DNA from: an uncultured virus (IMG/VR IMGVR_UViG_3300009502_000043) | Taxonomy: Duplodnaviria; Heunggongvirae; Uroviricota; Caudoviricetes | DNA length: 64,000 nucleotides | Direction: 5' to 3' (one strand) | Virus record (IMG/VR): IMGVR_UViG_3300009502_000043 | Shown here: positions 1 through 10,240 of the stretch, piece by piece | Layout of the letters: each line of letters starts with the position of its first letter | Numbering within the stretch: position 1 is the first letter of the stretch | Program-made: the position numbers and the translations under genes | Notes under the pieces: model-generated | Told to the model about the DNA's origin: nothing | The model's database searches: none | The model's input: only the letters and a program-made list of their open reading frames with translations

Positions 1-1
1 A

Positions 2-670
2 ACTAATGGTGTAACAACAAGTTATGGAAATCAAGTAACTTTCACATCAGGTCCAGTTGGTCCAACTGTTGGAACAACAGTAGCTGTAAATACAATAGGA
101 CAAACAACAGCAAGTTCTGGTGGTGCAATTACTTCTGATGGTGGATCATCAATTACAGCAAAAGGTGTGTGTTGGTCTACTTCGTCAGGTCCAACAATTG
201 CAAATTCAAAAACTTCAGATGGAACAGGAACAACATCATTTACAAGTAATTTAACAGGATTAACTGCTGGTACATTATATTATGTTCGTTGTTATGCAAC
301 TAATGGTGTAACTACAAATTATGGAACAGAAGTAAGTTTCACAACATCATCAGCTGCAATAACATTAAATATAGTTGCATCAATGGTTAATCAAACATCA
401 ACACAAACTATTATTAATTGGTTTGCAAATTTATCATCAGTTGCACCAGCAAATACAGTATTTAATCTTACAGTAACTAATGTATCTGGAAGTGGTACAC
501 ATTCAGTAGCAGTAAATATTTATGCTGGACAACAAACAAATATATCACTTGAAACTGATATGTATGCACGTTTAGTTGGTTCCAATTATACTGCAACTTG
601 TGTATTATCATCAACTCCATCAGGATATACTCCTGGAACAACTGGGGCATATATAATACCAAAACAATAA
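2..670 (+). CDS. 5'-truncated FN3-like repeat protein (tail fibre/surface adhesin candidate)
   Basis: Frame is open from the window start. It contains the repeat PTVGTT...SGGAITSDGGSSITAKGVCWSTSSGPT...LTGLTAGTLYYVRCYATN..T.YG..VSFTT plus the tail of a preceding copy (TNGVTTSYGNQVTFTS), resembling Bacteroidota FN3-like repeats. Confidence 0.7.
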   Translation, partial: TNGVTTSYGNQVTFTSGPVGPTVGTTVAVNTIGQTTASSGGAITSDGGSSITAKGVCWSTSSGPTIANSKTSDGTGTTSFTSNLTGLTAGTLYYVRCYATNGVTTNYGTEVSFTTSSAAITLNIVASMVNQTSTQTIINWFANLSSVAPANTVFNLTVTNVSGSGTHSVAVNIYAGQQTNISLETDMYARLVGSNYTATCVLSSTPSGYTPGTTGAYIIPKQ

Positions 671-685
671 TCAATAACTTACAGC

Positions 686-713
686 TCATTATTTATCATT
701 AATTTGGATAAAT
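686..713 (+). promoter_or_regulatory. Putative phage promoter motif, variant
   Basis: TCATTAT-N13-GGATAAAT upstream of ORF 786. Confidence 0.5.
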
Positions 714-785
714 AAATATGATAAAATACAAATAAATTTCGAATCATATATAATATTTTATAAAAACAATTTAAAAATTAAAATC

Positions 786-1064
786 ATGTTAAACTCATTA
801 TCAAAATTCAAAACAATTTCCTTAAATGGTGTTGTTGTTGTTTCAGAAAAAGAAACTCAAGTAACAATTACAGATGAAACAATCACATGTAGTAGTCCTG
901 TTGGTACTGAAGGAAATTCATCAATTACTGTTACAATTAACAGAGTAGCTAAAACATTTAACATTAATTACAATAATGTTAAAAATATGGATGCTGCAAA
1001 TGTAATGTGTGAAGCTATCATTGAAGAACTTGAATTAGTTGTATTGGAAATCGATAGTATTTAA
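786..1064 (+). CDS. hypothetical protein
   Basis: 92 aa ORF, ATG with A-rich leader, no recognised motif. Confidence 0.6.
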   Translation: MLNSLSKFKTISLNGVVVVSEKETQVTITDETITCSSPVGTEGNSSITVTINRVAKTFNINYNNVKNMDAANVMCEAIIEELELVVLEIDSI

Positions 1065-1092
1065 TAATTAATTTTTATAATAATTTCAAATA

Positions 1093-1569
1093 ATGGGAAC
1101 AATAAAAATAAAACGTAAACAAATTCAATATGTTATTGAGGGTTTATCTTTAGTTGTTGGAATGAAAGATTATCGTAAAGGTATTTCTTTGGGACGTGAT
1201 TCAAGAGTTTTAAAAGATGCTCAATCTGATATTGAAACAGCATTAAATAATTGTAAACCTGATAATTACGATGTTCTTTTGGAAGAATTTCAAGAATTAC
1301 AAAGAAAAAAAGCAAGTGAATACAATGTTAATGAAGGTGAAATAATAAATGAAAACGGAATTATTTCACATATTTTGCTTAGTTGGGATAAAGCAAAAGA
1401 ATGGTCTAAAGTTAATACTGAATATAATAAAGAAATTGATAGACTCAGAAATGAAGTTATCGATATTGATGTACATACAGAATTAACAATAGAAGATTTT
1501 CCAAAGTGTGCTGTTGATGTTAGAATTGCTGAAGCACTTACTTATTTTTTAATATCAACTTCAGATTAA
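1093..1569 (+). CDS. hypothetical protein
   Basis: 158 aa ORF; stop overlaps next start (TAATG). Confidence 0.6.
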   Translation: MGTIKIKRKQIQYVIEGLSLVVGMKDYRKGISLGRDSRVLKDAQSDIETALNNCKPDNYDVLLEEFQELQRKKASEYNVNEGEIINENGIISHILLSWDKAKEWSKVNTEYNKEIDRLRNEVIDIDVHTELTIEDFPKCAVDVRIAEALTYFLISTSD

Positions 1570-2321
1570 TGTTAATAAAATTACGATTAACAAATATTTG
1601 GTTAAAATATCGGTATTTGTTTTTTAAAAAATGGTTGAATAAAGTTGATTTCTTACAAAATAAGGAATTACTTTATTCAACACCTTTTGAATTTCTAACT
1701 GATTTCAATATATCCGATAATGTTTTTTATAATGATAATCCAGTTTGGCTTTCAAAAGATTGTGTTAAATTAACAGATCAAGGATTAGAAATTCTTTGTA
1801 AAAAAGATTCAGCTACTCATGTTGTGAATGGTGATGTAAGACATACAGATTGGACTTCAGGAATGATAAGTTCCGATTTTAAACTTACAAATGGAATTTG
1901 GGTTTTTGAAGCAAAAGTTTGTGATTCATGGCCAGCTATTTGGTTATTGAGAAAAGATCATAATACACCTGGTTTTACTCGTCATCAAATTACTCCTGAA
2001 GTTGATTTAATGGAAGTAATTGAAGGAAAATTGAAAACAACAATTCATTATGGTTATTCAGATACTGTTTATCGTACAAAAATGATTGGCACAAGTATTA
2101 TAAAACCAGATAATGAATTTCATCAATTTGCTGTTGAATTACTTTTAAATGGTTATAATTTTTATTTTGATGGTATTTTAGTATCAAAATATATTAATAA
2201 TGATCCTGAATTTGTTACTGATTCTCCATGTTATGTTGTTATTAATAATGCAGCAAATTCAACACATAATGGAGATAATTATAATTTGGTTGTTAAATCA
2301 ATGAAAGTTTATTCCAATTAA
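1569..2321 (+). CDS. Glycoside hydrolase family 16 protein
   Basis: WTSGMISS, WPAIWLL, catalytic ExDxxE (EVDLME), FHQFAVE, FYFDG. Confidence 0.8.
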   Translation: MLIKLRLTNIWLKYRYLFFKKWLNKVDFLQNKELLYSTPFEFLTDFNISDNVFYNDNPVWLSKDCVKLTDQGLEILCKKDSATHVVNGDVRHTDWTSGMISSDFKLTNGIWVFEAKVCDSWPAIWLLRKDHNTPGFTRHQITPEVDLMEVIEGKLKTTIHYGYSDTVYRTKMIGTSIIKPDNEFHQFAVELLLNGYNFYFDGILVSKYINNDPEFVTDSPCYVVINNAANSTHNGDNYNLVVKSMKVYSN

Positions 2322-2339
2322 TAAATTTTAAAAATCAGA

Positions 2340-2367
2340 TTATATTTTGATTTAAAATAGGATAAAT
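2340..2367 (+). promoter_or_regulatory. Putative phage promoter motif, variant
   Basis: TTATATT-N13-GGATAAAT upstream of the SSB-like gene. Confidence 0.55.
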
Positions 2368-2443
2368 AAATTCTAATAAAAATACTCTCAAGATTTTTTA
2401 TTTTTTCAAATTTTAATAAACATTTTTTTAAACAATTTTATTT

Positions 2444-3589
2444 ATGACACAAGTAAATCAAACGAATGACGCTTTAAGAAATGCGTTCCTTCAAAGTACG
2501 GTTACTGAAGACACATCATTTGCTGTAAAAGCAGAAGATTTATCGAATGGTAGTTCTATCGATTTTAAGAAACATTTTTTCGAGCCTCAAGTTGGTAAAA
2601 CTTACACAATTAAGTTTTTACCTAATCCTGGTGCTGATCCTATTATTCATCGGTCAGCTTACAAAGACCTTCCAGATCCTGAAAGAAAAGGTAAAACTTT
2701 TCATTATGTTTCATCTGGTAATGCAAAAACCTGTAAAGCTTTGGAGTTGTTTTTCGAATTAAATCAGCTGAAAACTGCTGGTGATGCTGTTGCTGAAAAG
2801 AAAATTGACAAATATTTGTCAAGAACAAATCAGGCAGCTTGTAAAATTGAAATTCTTTCATCTCCGGATATTGAAGAAATTGGAACCGTTCGTATTTTTT
2901 CTTTCTCAACTTTTGGTGTTAATGCATCTGTTGCAAATTTGGTTAACAAGAAATTGAATCCAACTGCTGAACAAGTAAAACAAGGATTTGAAAAAGAAGA
3001 TATTTTCGATATTTTCGAATCTTCAGTTATGAGTCTTGTTTGTACTGAAAATGAATATCCTGTTGCTGGCGGACCTGCTCGTAAAGGACGTGATTTTTCT
3101 AAATCTGATTGGTTACCTAAAAAACGTGGTGCTTACATCAAAATGTCTGATGGTACAGAACATACTTTTACGAAAGCTGATCTTGTTGGTGGTGCTATTG
3201 CTCCCGGAGCTGAAAAAGCATTCAATGAATTTGTTAGTCTTGTATTGAATGAAGATTATGACATCTACAACTATTTTGCTTACAAAACTGTTGATGATCC
3301 ACGTAATTCAAAAGACACAAATGATTATTTGAAATCAGTTTTTGCAAAAGTTGATGAAATTACGGAAGTTATTCGTACAAAATCTCTTGCTGAAATTGCC
3401 AATTATGGTAAAAAAGAAGCTAAACCTGCCGGTGAAGCTGATGCAAATGGTAAAGTGAATGGAGCTAAAAATATTTTGGCTGATTCAGTACCTACCGAAT
3501 TGCAAGATTCAGTTTTAAATGCCGGTGCAGAAACAGTTCAGACAAAATCTGATGCTTCTGATCTTGCTTCAAGTATTTTGAACGATTAA
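2444..3589 (+). CDS. T4 gp32-like single-stranded DNA-binding protein
   Basis: YTIKFLP (cf. gp32 IRFLP), DIFDIFE, DFSKSDW, low-complexity acidic tail, own terminator, next to a UvsW-like helicase. Confidence 0.65.
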   Translation: MTQVNQTNDALRNAFLQSTVTEDTSFAVKAEDLSNGSSIDFKKHFFEPQVGKTYTIKFLPNPGADPIIHRSAYKDLPDPERKGKTFHYVSSGNAKTCKALELFFELNQLKTAGDAVAEKKIDKYLSRTNQAACKIEILSSPDIEEIGTVRIFSFSTFGVNASVANLVNKKLNPTAEQVKQGFEKEDIFDIFESSVMSLVCTENEYPVAGGPARKGRDFSKSDWLPKKRGAYIKMSDGTEHTFTKADLVGGAIAPGAEKAFNEFVSLVLNEDYDIYNYFAYKTVDDPRNSKDTNDYLKSVFAKVDEITEVIRTKSLAEIANYGKKEAKPAGEADANGKVNGAKNILADSVPTELQDSVLNAGAETVQTKSDASDLASSILND

Positions 3590-3612
3590 TACCAAACTAT
3601 TGCTTCCTTAAT

Positions 3613-3654
3613 TAAAGGCGGATTGGATCACTTCCGATTCGCCTTTATTTGTTT
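3613..3654 (+). terminator. Intrinsic terminator
   Basis: TAAAGGCGGATTGGA-loop-TCCGATTCGCCTTTA followed by TTTGTTT. Confidence 0.75.
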
Positions 3655-3672
3655 CATTTTCAAATTTTAATC

Positions 3673-5208
3673 ATGAGATTAACTGTTGTACCAGGATCAA
3701 ATAACAAAACTTATGTAGCAATTCAAGATATTGTTACAAAGGAAGATATGGAATTACATGATGTAATTGGAAAAGTTTTGTCAAGAACTGAATTTAAACC
3801 ATTTCTTCAAGGTTTCAATAAAACAATATCATTTTCTTATCTTTTTAATGAAATATTTTTTCCTGTTCAATTCTGGGATGATGTTAAAAAACAATTAGAA
3901 AAAATATCTTCAACTCCGATAACATTGATCAATGAAGATATGATGTATAATAATGACATAACTCGTGATCATTTTGATGAATTTGTTGAATCATTACAAT
4001 TACCTGAAGATATTGATACTGTTTCTGAAGATTATGTGTTTCAACAAGATTCAGCATTTTTAGCAATTCAGAATAAAATTGCACGTATTGATGTATCTAT
4101 GGCTGGAGGTAAAACTTTCATTACCTATATGTATTGTCGTTATTTACATGAATATATAATTCCAAAAAATAAAAAAATATTAATTGTTGTTCCTTCCAAG
4201 TTACTTTGTCAACAATTACAAAAAGATTTTGGTCATTATGATAGTAAATATAAACAAAATCCAAAAGAAGAAGGTGAAAGAAGAAAATTAGTTGTCGAAA
4301 CAATATATTCAGGTGCAACCAAATATTTAGATTCAGATATAATTTGTGGAACTTATCAAAGTTTATGTAATTATGATATTGAATATTTCACAGATTTTAG
4401 TGTTGTAATATGTGATGAAGTTCAAGGTGCAAAAGCTTACAGTATTAAAAACGAAATATATACGAAAACTTTAAATGCAGAATACTTTTTTGGTATGTCT
4501 GGAACTCATCCAGATTATAAAACATTAGATTATTTACATATTGTGTCAATGTTTGGAAAAGTAGTCGTAACAAAAACTTCAGCTGAATTGATTGATGCTG
4601 GTATAATAACACCTGTTAAAATTTCAGCAATAAAAATTAATTATAAAGAAGCTGGTGGATTTGCTCAAGCATTAAAAGATCAAGGAATTTTAGGTACTGA
4701 AAAATATGCAATGGAAAAAGAATGGTTCCATTCAAATAAAGATAGGACAAAATTAATTGGTAAATTATTGAACGGAATTAAAGGAAATAGTTTGATAATT
4801 GTTGATACAGTAGAATATTGTTCACAATTAAAAGAATATTTGGTTGAATTTTGTCCAGGAATACGTTTTGAAATAATTCATGGAAAAGTCAATAATAGAA
4901 CCGATATTATTGAAGAAATGAGAATTTCTACTGAATTTGCACTTATTGGAACATATGGAACAATGTCTACAGGAGTTTCAATCAAAAATATTGCAAACAT
5001 ATATTTTCCTGATGGTGGAAAATCTGAAAGAAGAATAAGACAAACTTGTGGTAGAGGAATGAGATTATTTCCTGATAAGGAATTTTGTAACGTTTTTGAT
5101 TTTCAAGATATGATGCCATGTTGTGCATTTAAAAATCATGCTGCTGAAAGAAATAGAATTTATCGTAAAGAACAATTTCCGATAAAAATAATAAATGTGG
5201 AGTTATAA
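3673..5208 (+). CDS. uvsW: UvsW-like SF2 DNA helicase
   Basis: Walker A MAGGKT, LIVVP, TYQSL, DEVQ, GMSGT, STGVSI, QTCGRGMR. Start moved to ATG 3673 because the upstream TTG lies in the terminator. Confidence 0.8.
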   Translation: MRLTVVPGSNNKTYVAIQDIVTKEDMELHDVIGKVLSRTEFKPFLQGFNKTISFSYLFNEIFFPVQFWDDVKKQLEKISSTPITLINEDMMYNNDITRDHFDEFVESLQLPEDIDTVSEDYVFQQDSAFLAIQNKIARIDVSMAGGKTFITYMYCRYLHEYIIPKNKKILIVVPSKLLCQQLQKDFGHYDSKYKQNPKEEGERRKLVVETIYSGATKYLDSDIICGTYQSLCNYDIEYFTDFSVVICDEVQGAKAYSIKNEIYTKTLNAEYFFGMSGTHPDYKTLDYLHIVSMFGKVVVTKTSAELIDAGIITPVKISAIKINYKEAGGFAQALKDQGILGTEKYAMEKEWFHSNKDRTKLIGKLLNGIKGNSLIIVDTVEYCSQLKEYLVEFCPGIRFEIIHGKVNNRTDIIEEMRISTEFALIGTYGTMSTGVSIKNIANIYFPDGGKSERRIRQTCGRGMRLFPDKEFCNVFDFQDMMPCCAFKNHAAERNRIYRKEQFPIKIINVEL

Positions 5209-5282
5209 TGGAGAAATTTTCCAATTATTTATTTTAATATATAATATGTTATAAATTATTAATCCATTTAAACTAAAAACTC

Positions 5283-5933
5283 ATGAATAGTAATATTTTT
5301 ATTCAAATTTTAACTGAAAAATATTTAAAAGTTTCTGCAATCAAATTACAAGTAGATGACTTAATTGTTGGAGAATTGGAAGTATTTCTCGATAATAATA
5401 CAGGATTACTTGATACAGTAAGTCCTTCGCAAGTGGGTAAATTATTATTGGAAACTTCAATTAATTTAACCAATAACAGATTACCAATTCAGATCATTAA
5501 AAATGTTTATGATGCTGATGCTGTTAAATTTGCAATTTTAATCAGTAAAAAATCAATTGTATCTGTTCCAGCACTTTATAAAAAACTTTCAAAATTATTT
5601 TATGAAGTTATTGCAAATTCAAATCATTATGCACAATTAATTAAATCATCAAATTTAAAAGGTGCAAGAACGAGTGTTATAGCTCCAAAATTTCCTATTG
5701 AACTTTTCTGGCTCATACCACTTACAACAAATATTCCTGTCTTATTAAAAACTGACATTGATTCGATTGTTAAACAAAATTGTCAAATAGCTTGGAAACT
5801 TGATTCAACAGGTTTTCCATATACTCAAAAATATGATGATTTTAATAATAATATTGAACAGTTCAACAAAGAAAAATACAAACAATTTTTGATTGATTCT
5901 TATCAAAAGTTTAATAATCTAAATAATGTCTAA
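5283..5933 (+). CDS. hypothetical protein
   Basis: 216 aa ORF. Confidence 0.6.
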   Translation: MNSNIFIQILTEKYLKVSAIKLQVDDLIVGELEVFLDNNTGLLDTVSPSQVGKLLLETSINLTNNRLPIQIIKNVYDADAVKFAILISKKSIVSVPALYKKLSKLFYEVIANSNHYAQLIKSSNLKGARTSVIAPKFPIELFWLIPLTTNIPVLLKTDIDSIVKQNCQIAWKLDSTGFPYTQKYDDFNNNIEQFNKEKYKQFLIDSYQKFNNLNNV

Positions 5934-6414
5934 AGAAACAAGTAAAGAAAGTTATGTTGAAACAACTCAACTTTCTGGTAATGAAATGCAACATATTTAT
6001 GATCAATTATCAATAACTGATGATATGTTATTTGATGTTTCAGAAGAAAATAAATATATTCAAGATTGCATAGAAAATTGTTTTCCAAAAAATTTCTTAC
6101 AAATTTCTGCAGAAGTCTTACAATCAAATCAAAACTTATTGAATAATAATTTTGTTCAACTTATCAAATACTGCTTAAATAAATCAAAATTCAAAAAAAT
6201 CGGAATAATTTTTATAGGATTTTGTGATTATTTTAATCTTGATTATCACAAAACTTATTTAGAATTACATGAAAAATTACAAATGTTGATAACAAATAGT
6301 ACAATTTGTTTATGTGGTAAAGAAAAATTCGAACGTAAAAAAATGCAAAATCGCACAGCTACTGATAAATTAAATATTGTCACATTATTTGATTTGGTTA
6401 ATAATAAAAAGTAA
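5926..6414 (+). CDS. hypothetical protein (weak resemblance to gp33-like late transcription co-activators)
   Basis: 162 aa helical ORF; FIGFCDYFNLDY...L..KL only loosely recalls gp33. Confidence 0.4.
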   Translation: MSKETSKESYVETTQLSGNEMQHIYDQLSITDDMLFDVSEENKYIQDCIENCFPKNFLQISAEVLQSNQNLLNNNFVQLIKYCLNKSKFKKIGIIFIGFCDYFNLDYHKTYLELHEKLQMLITNSTICLCGKEKFERKKMQNRTATDKLNIVTLFDLVNNKK

Positions 6415-6417
6415 AAA

Positions 6418-7098
6418 ATGATCAATACAGCAATAAAGTATGATTTTAATCAAATAGAATTTGGTTTACTGGCATTCATTGGTAATTTGGAATTAAAATT
6501 ACAAAAAATAGTAAGCGAATTACCAACATTTGTATTACAAACAGGTGATACTGGATATTTGATTAATGAAAAATTTGTTTTAACTGAAAACAAAGAAATA
6601 TATGAAAAAATACCAAGATTTGTAATAAATTTTGATTCTATTCAATATCAATCTGATCAAAATACAAACCAATATAATAAATTTGTATATATGTATGAAG
6701 GTGTCAGATATTTGGCATCTGGTAGAAGATTAGCAATTCTAATACCTGTTAACACTGATTTCGTTTCTTCAAATTTTATAAAAGGATTAGAAAATTTTGA
6801 AGTTATGAGTACAATTATTGCAAAAGATAATGTATTTACTTATGATTTTCTTGGAAATACATTTGAGGCTGCATATGTTTTTCAAAATCCAGATATAGAA
6901 AAACCATCAATGGATTTTGGTGCTGGAACAAGAAATTTTTCAGTAAAAACATCATTCGATTTACAATTGCATCTTTTAGTTCCAAGAATTGAAAGTATTA
7001 AATTACTTTCTGAATCTGGATTTGAAGGAATGAAATATGAAGGTATAATTACCGGAGATAATGGACAAAATAAATTTTTAATGGATAATAATCAATAA
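6418..7098 (+). CDS. Putative tail terminator / sheath-completion protein (T4 gp15-like)
   Basis: IPRFVINFDSIQYQSD resembles the gp15 LPRM...I.YD motif; similar size. Confidence 0.5.
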   Translation: MINTAIKYDFNQIEFGLLAFIGNLELKLQKIVSELPTFVLQTGDTGYLINEKFVLTENKEIYEKIPRFVINFDSIQYQSDQNTNQYNKFVYMYEGVRYLASGRRLAILIPVNTDFVSSNFIKGLENFEVMSTIIAKDNVFTYDFLGNTFEAAYVFQNPDIEKPSMDFGAGTRNFSVKTSFDLQLHLLVPRIESIKLLSESGFEGMKYEGIITGDNGQNKFLMDNNQ

Positions 7099-7102
7099 TC
7101 AA

Positions 7103-7648
7103 ATGACAAAAACTTATTTATTTTTAGAAAAGTATTTTAACGGAAAAAATAGATTTTGGTATATATTATTTAGTCCGATATTTATGTTATTGGAATTTAT
7201 GACATATAGATATTTTTGGAAAAAAATAATTTTACCTGAATTGATAACAAAAGATGATATATTCAAATTTCTTGATAAAAATGAATTTGGATTTCATCGT
7301 GGAAGACTTATTAAAAAAGATATTCTTGATGATAATGAATTTTATGATTCATTAGATTTAGAACAGGCAAAAGAAGCTATAAAAAAAGAATTTGTTAGTG
7401 GTTTAACTGATTTAATAAATGCTCATTCAACATTTGATATTGAAGAATATTTAGTATTGATTGTTACTACTGAATTGAAATTAACTCATAATAAAGGTGA
7501 AGTTTATAGAAACAAACTTTATACAGTAACTATTCAATATTGTAGATATTATTATTTACAAAAATGTTCAAAATATTTCTTTTTTTGGACAATAAGTTTT
7601 CTTATTTTATGTTGTGGTATTTATTTTGGATTTAAATTCATTCAATAA
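7103..7648 (+). CDS. hypothetical membrane protein
   Basis: Hydrophobic segments near both termini. Confidence 0.6.
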   Translation: MTKTYLFLEKYFNGKNRFWYILFSPIFMLLEFMTYRYFWKKIILPELITKDDIFKFLDKNEFGFHRGRLIKKDILDDNEFYDSLDLEQAKEAIKKEFVSGLTDLINAHSTFDIEEYLVLIVTTELKLTHNKGEVYRNKLYTVTIQYCRYYYLQKCSKYFFFWTISFLILCCGIYFGFKFIQ

Positions 7649-7670
7649 TATCATATATTCAAGGATAAAT
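7643..7670 (+). promoter_or_regulatory. Putative phage promoter motif, variant
   Basis: CAATAAT-N13-GGATAAAT. Confidence 0.55.
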
Positions 7671-7703
7671 AAATCAATAAAATTATAAACAAATATAAAT
7701 CAA

Positions 7704-9344
7704 ATGAATAAAGAACAACAAATTGCTGAAACACAGGAGAAAATTGAAAACATTTTCAATAAACCAACAAATTTCTTCTACGATACTATTGTAAAATACT
7801 TATCACAAGACAAAGATCAATTATTATCAGATCTTAAAAATTCCAATAATTCAATGAAAAACAATATTTCATTGAGTCAAAAAGAATTTATTACACTTGG
7901 TAGTTTATGTTATATGGTTGGTATTGATTACACAAATCAACCATATCTTCAAGAAAATATTGCTAAAAAAGTTAATGAACGTTTTGCACAATTCGATTAT
8001 TCTTTTGAATTTATCAATGAATTTATCAATTGTTTAAAAGTTGTTAAGGAATCATTTTTACTTGAAGGAAAAGATTCATTAAGAGCACTTGTTACAAAAG
8101 AAGTAAAAGTTGTTACAAATTCAGATAAAGTGGAATCAATTCATGTAATTGAACATAATATGAATTTGTTACGTGCTGAAATTGTAAAGTTATTAAATGC
8201 TTGCACATATCGTGTTGGTGTTTCAATTGACATTGATGAATTGAAACAAAAATCAAAATTTACATATTTTGATTATTTGAAAGTTCAAAAAATATTACAG
8301 GAAGAAGTTAAAATTCCAGGATCAAAAATTAAAAATTTTATCAAAATACTTCAAAATCCATTATTTCAGATTTTCATTGAAACAGGAATGGATTATTTTG
8401 ATAAACAAAAATTTGCTGTTGTTTATATTGACAGTATTCTTTCATTAAAGGAATCAGAACAAAAACTACCATATAATGATTTGTTAAATATTCTTGCACC
8501 AACACTTTATAATGAAGATGGTGATTGTGTTATTGATTTTGACATAATCAAAGATTGTTATGATCAAAGAATACTGGAAAATTCTAAAAATTCAGATACA
8601 CCTGTTTCAGATAGTTCGGAATATGTTCCAACATATCCAAAAGATGAAGTAAATGCTTTTATGTCTGCTGATCCAGATAAATTTATTGCACTTTGTTTTC
8701 AGGATATTGTTATGCAAAATGTTTTGGATATTCCTAAAATAATGGAAGCAATTGAATGGATTATTAATGATTCAGATTATTCACAACATCTTTACACATA
8801 TCTTAAATCAGTAATTAAACAATCAGGAAGAACATATGCGAAATTTGTTGAAAATTATGTTATTGATATTGATATTGACAAAAATTGGGTTTATTTGAAT
8901 GAACTTATTTCATTACTTACTGAAAAAGAAGATTCTTTAAAAATTGAATACAAGGAAGTTGTTGAATTTACATGTAAGGAAATTCCAAAGAGTATTAAAT
9001 CGAAAATTATTGATTATATCAATAAAACAATTGAATCTGTTGTTCTTGAAAATGATGAACAAAAACAATTTCTTGTTTCTCAGTTGATGGAAAATTCAAT
9101 TTCAACTTATAATCATATTCAACAAATTGTAACATTAATTGAAACATGCAATATTAATGGTTCAGATGCTTTGAATTATGTTACGCTTTATAAATTCTTA
9201 CATGAAAATGAAGAAATTGTTGAAGCATTCGAAAAATCATCATCTGTTGCAACATTAGGTAATACAATATCAATTTATCAAATATTCCGTGAATGGTTTA
9301 CTGTTAATAAAGAAGATGGTGAACAAGTTGCTCCGGAAGCTTAA
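7704..9344 (+). CDS. hypothetical alpha-helical protein
   Basis: 546 aa ORF flanked by promoter motif and terminator. Confidence 0.7.
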   Translation: MNKEQQIAETQEKIENIFNKPTNFFYDTIVKYLSQDKDQLLSDLKNSNNSMKNNISLSQKEFITLGSLCYMVGIDYTNQPYLQENIAKKVNERFAQFDYSFEFINEFINCLKVVKESFLLEGKDSLRALVTKEVKVVTNSDKVESIHVIEHNMNLLRAEIVKLLNACTYRVGVSIDIDELKQKSKFTYFDYLKVQKILQEEVKIPGSKIKNFIKILQNPLFQIFIETGMDYFDKQKFAVVYIDSILSLKESEQKLPYNDLLNILAPTLYNEDGDCVIDFDIIKDCYDQRILENSKNSDTPVSDSSEYVPTYPKDEVNAFMSADPDKFIALCFQDIVMQNVLDIPKIMEAIEWIINDSDYSQHLYTYLKSVIKQSGRTYAKFVENYVIDIDIDKNWVYLNELISLLTEKEDSLKIEYKEVVEFTCKEIPKSIKSKIIDYINKTIESVVLENDEQKQFLVSQLMENSISTYNHIQQIVTLIETCNINGSDALNYVTLYKFLHENEEIVEAFEKSSSVATLGNTISIYQIFREWFTVNKEDGEQVAPEA

Positions 9345-9366
9345 TTTAAAAATATTATTAATTCCA

Positions 9367-9400
9367 AGAAAATCCCGGAAAATATTTTCGGGATTTTTTT
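9367..9400 (+). terminator. Intrinsic terminator
   Basis: AAAATCCCGGAAA-loop-TTTTCGGGATTTT plus T run. Confidence 0.75.
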
Positions 9401-9422
9401 ACTTAAATTTTAAAAACATTTT

Positions 9423-10193
9423 ATGAAAAATTCAATTGAAAGATTTAAAAGAATTATTAGATTTTTGGTAACAGTTTCAAGTTCGAGAGAATTTGGTTTT
9501 ATTTATTGTTTGACAGGTACAATTGGTCAAATTGCACACACATATTTTCTTACAGAATCAATATCATCATTAACAGGTACTTGGAAAGTTGTTCAAGCTG
9601 TTATATTATCATTTTTCATTAGTTCTTCGTTACTTTATTTTGTAACAATTGCTGATAATGAACAAACAAAAGAATCAAGAACAATACGTATAGCTGTAAA
9701 CGTATTTATGATTATCGAAATTTTAATAAATTTTTATTATTATTCGAGACATCTTTTAATAGATGCAAAAGAAGTTCAAATATTTGATTTCATTTTTGCT
9801 ACAGCTGTTTCATGTTTGATTCCAGTTACTATAAAACTTTATGCTTCATTAATTCGTGCTAAAGAATGGATGATTGAAATGGAAAATGAAGGAAAAGATC
9901 CAATAAATATAGAAACATCAATTGATAAAATACAACAATTAATTGATGAAAAATTTACTGAATTTGAATCAAATCAATCACCTGTTCAATTTGATGAAGA
10001 AGATATTAGTAATATAGTTTCAAATAAAATTGCTGAATTAAAAAGTTCAATATTATCGGATATTGATGCAGAAGTTGTTAATATTTTTGAGAAAAATCAA
10101 AATTTATTTTTGAATCAATTCGAAAATAAATGTAAATTGGTTTTAAAGCAACAATTATCAAATAAAGAACTTGTAGAAAAAACCGATCAATAA
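9423..10193 (+). CDS. Membrane protein, ~4 TM helices plus C-terminal coiled coil
   Basis: Four hydrophobic segments in the first 145 aa, charged helical tail. Confidence 0.65.
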   Translation: MKNSIERFKRIIRFLVTVSSSREFGFIYCLTGTIGQIAHTYFLTESISSLTGTWKVVQAVILSFFISSSLLYFVTIADNEQTKESRTIRIAVNVFMIIEILINFYYYSRHLLIDAKEVQIFDFIFATAVSCLIPVTIKLYASLIRAKEWMIEMENEGKDPINIETSIDKIQQLIDEKFTEFESNQSPVQFDEEDISNIVSNKIAELKSSILSDIDAEVVNIFEKNQNLFLNQFENKCKLVLKQQLSNKELVEKTDQ

Positions 10194-10215
10194 TATGTAA
10201 AATTTATGGATATAC
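10188..10215 (+). promoter_or_regulatory. Putative phage promoter motif, variant
   Basis: CAATAAT-N13-GGATATAC. Confidence 0.5.
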
Positions 10216-10240
10216 AAAATATTCCAAATATATAATAATT

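Noticed and set aside
2..670. Diversity-generating retroelement target in the fibre-like gene
   Set aside because: No reverse transcriptase and no adenine-specific TR/VR pair visible in the window.
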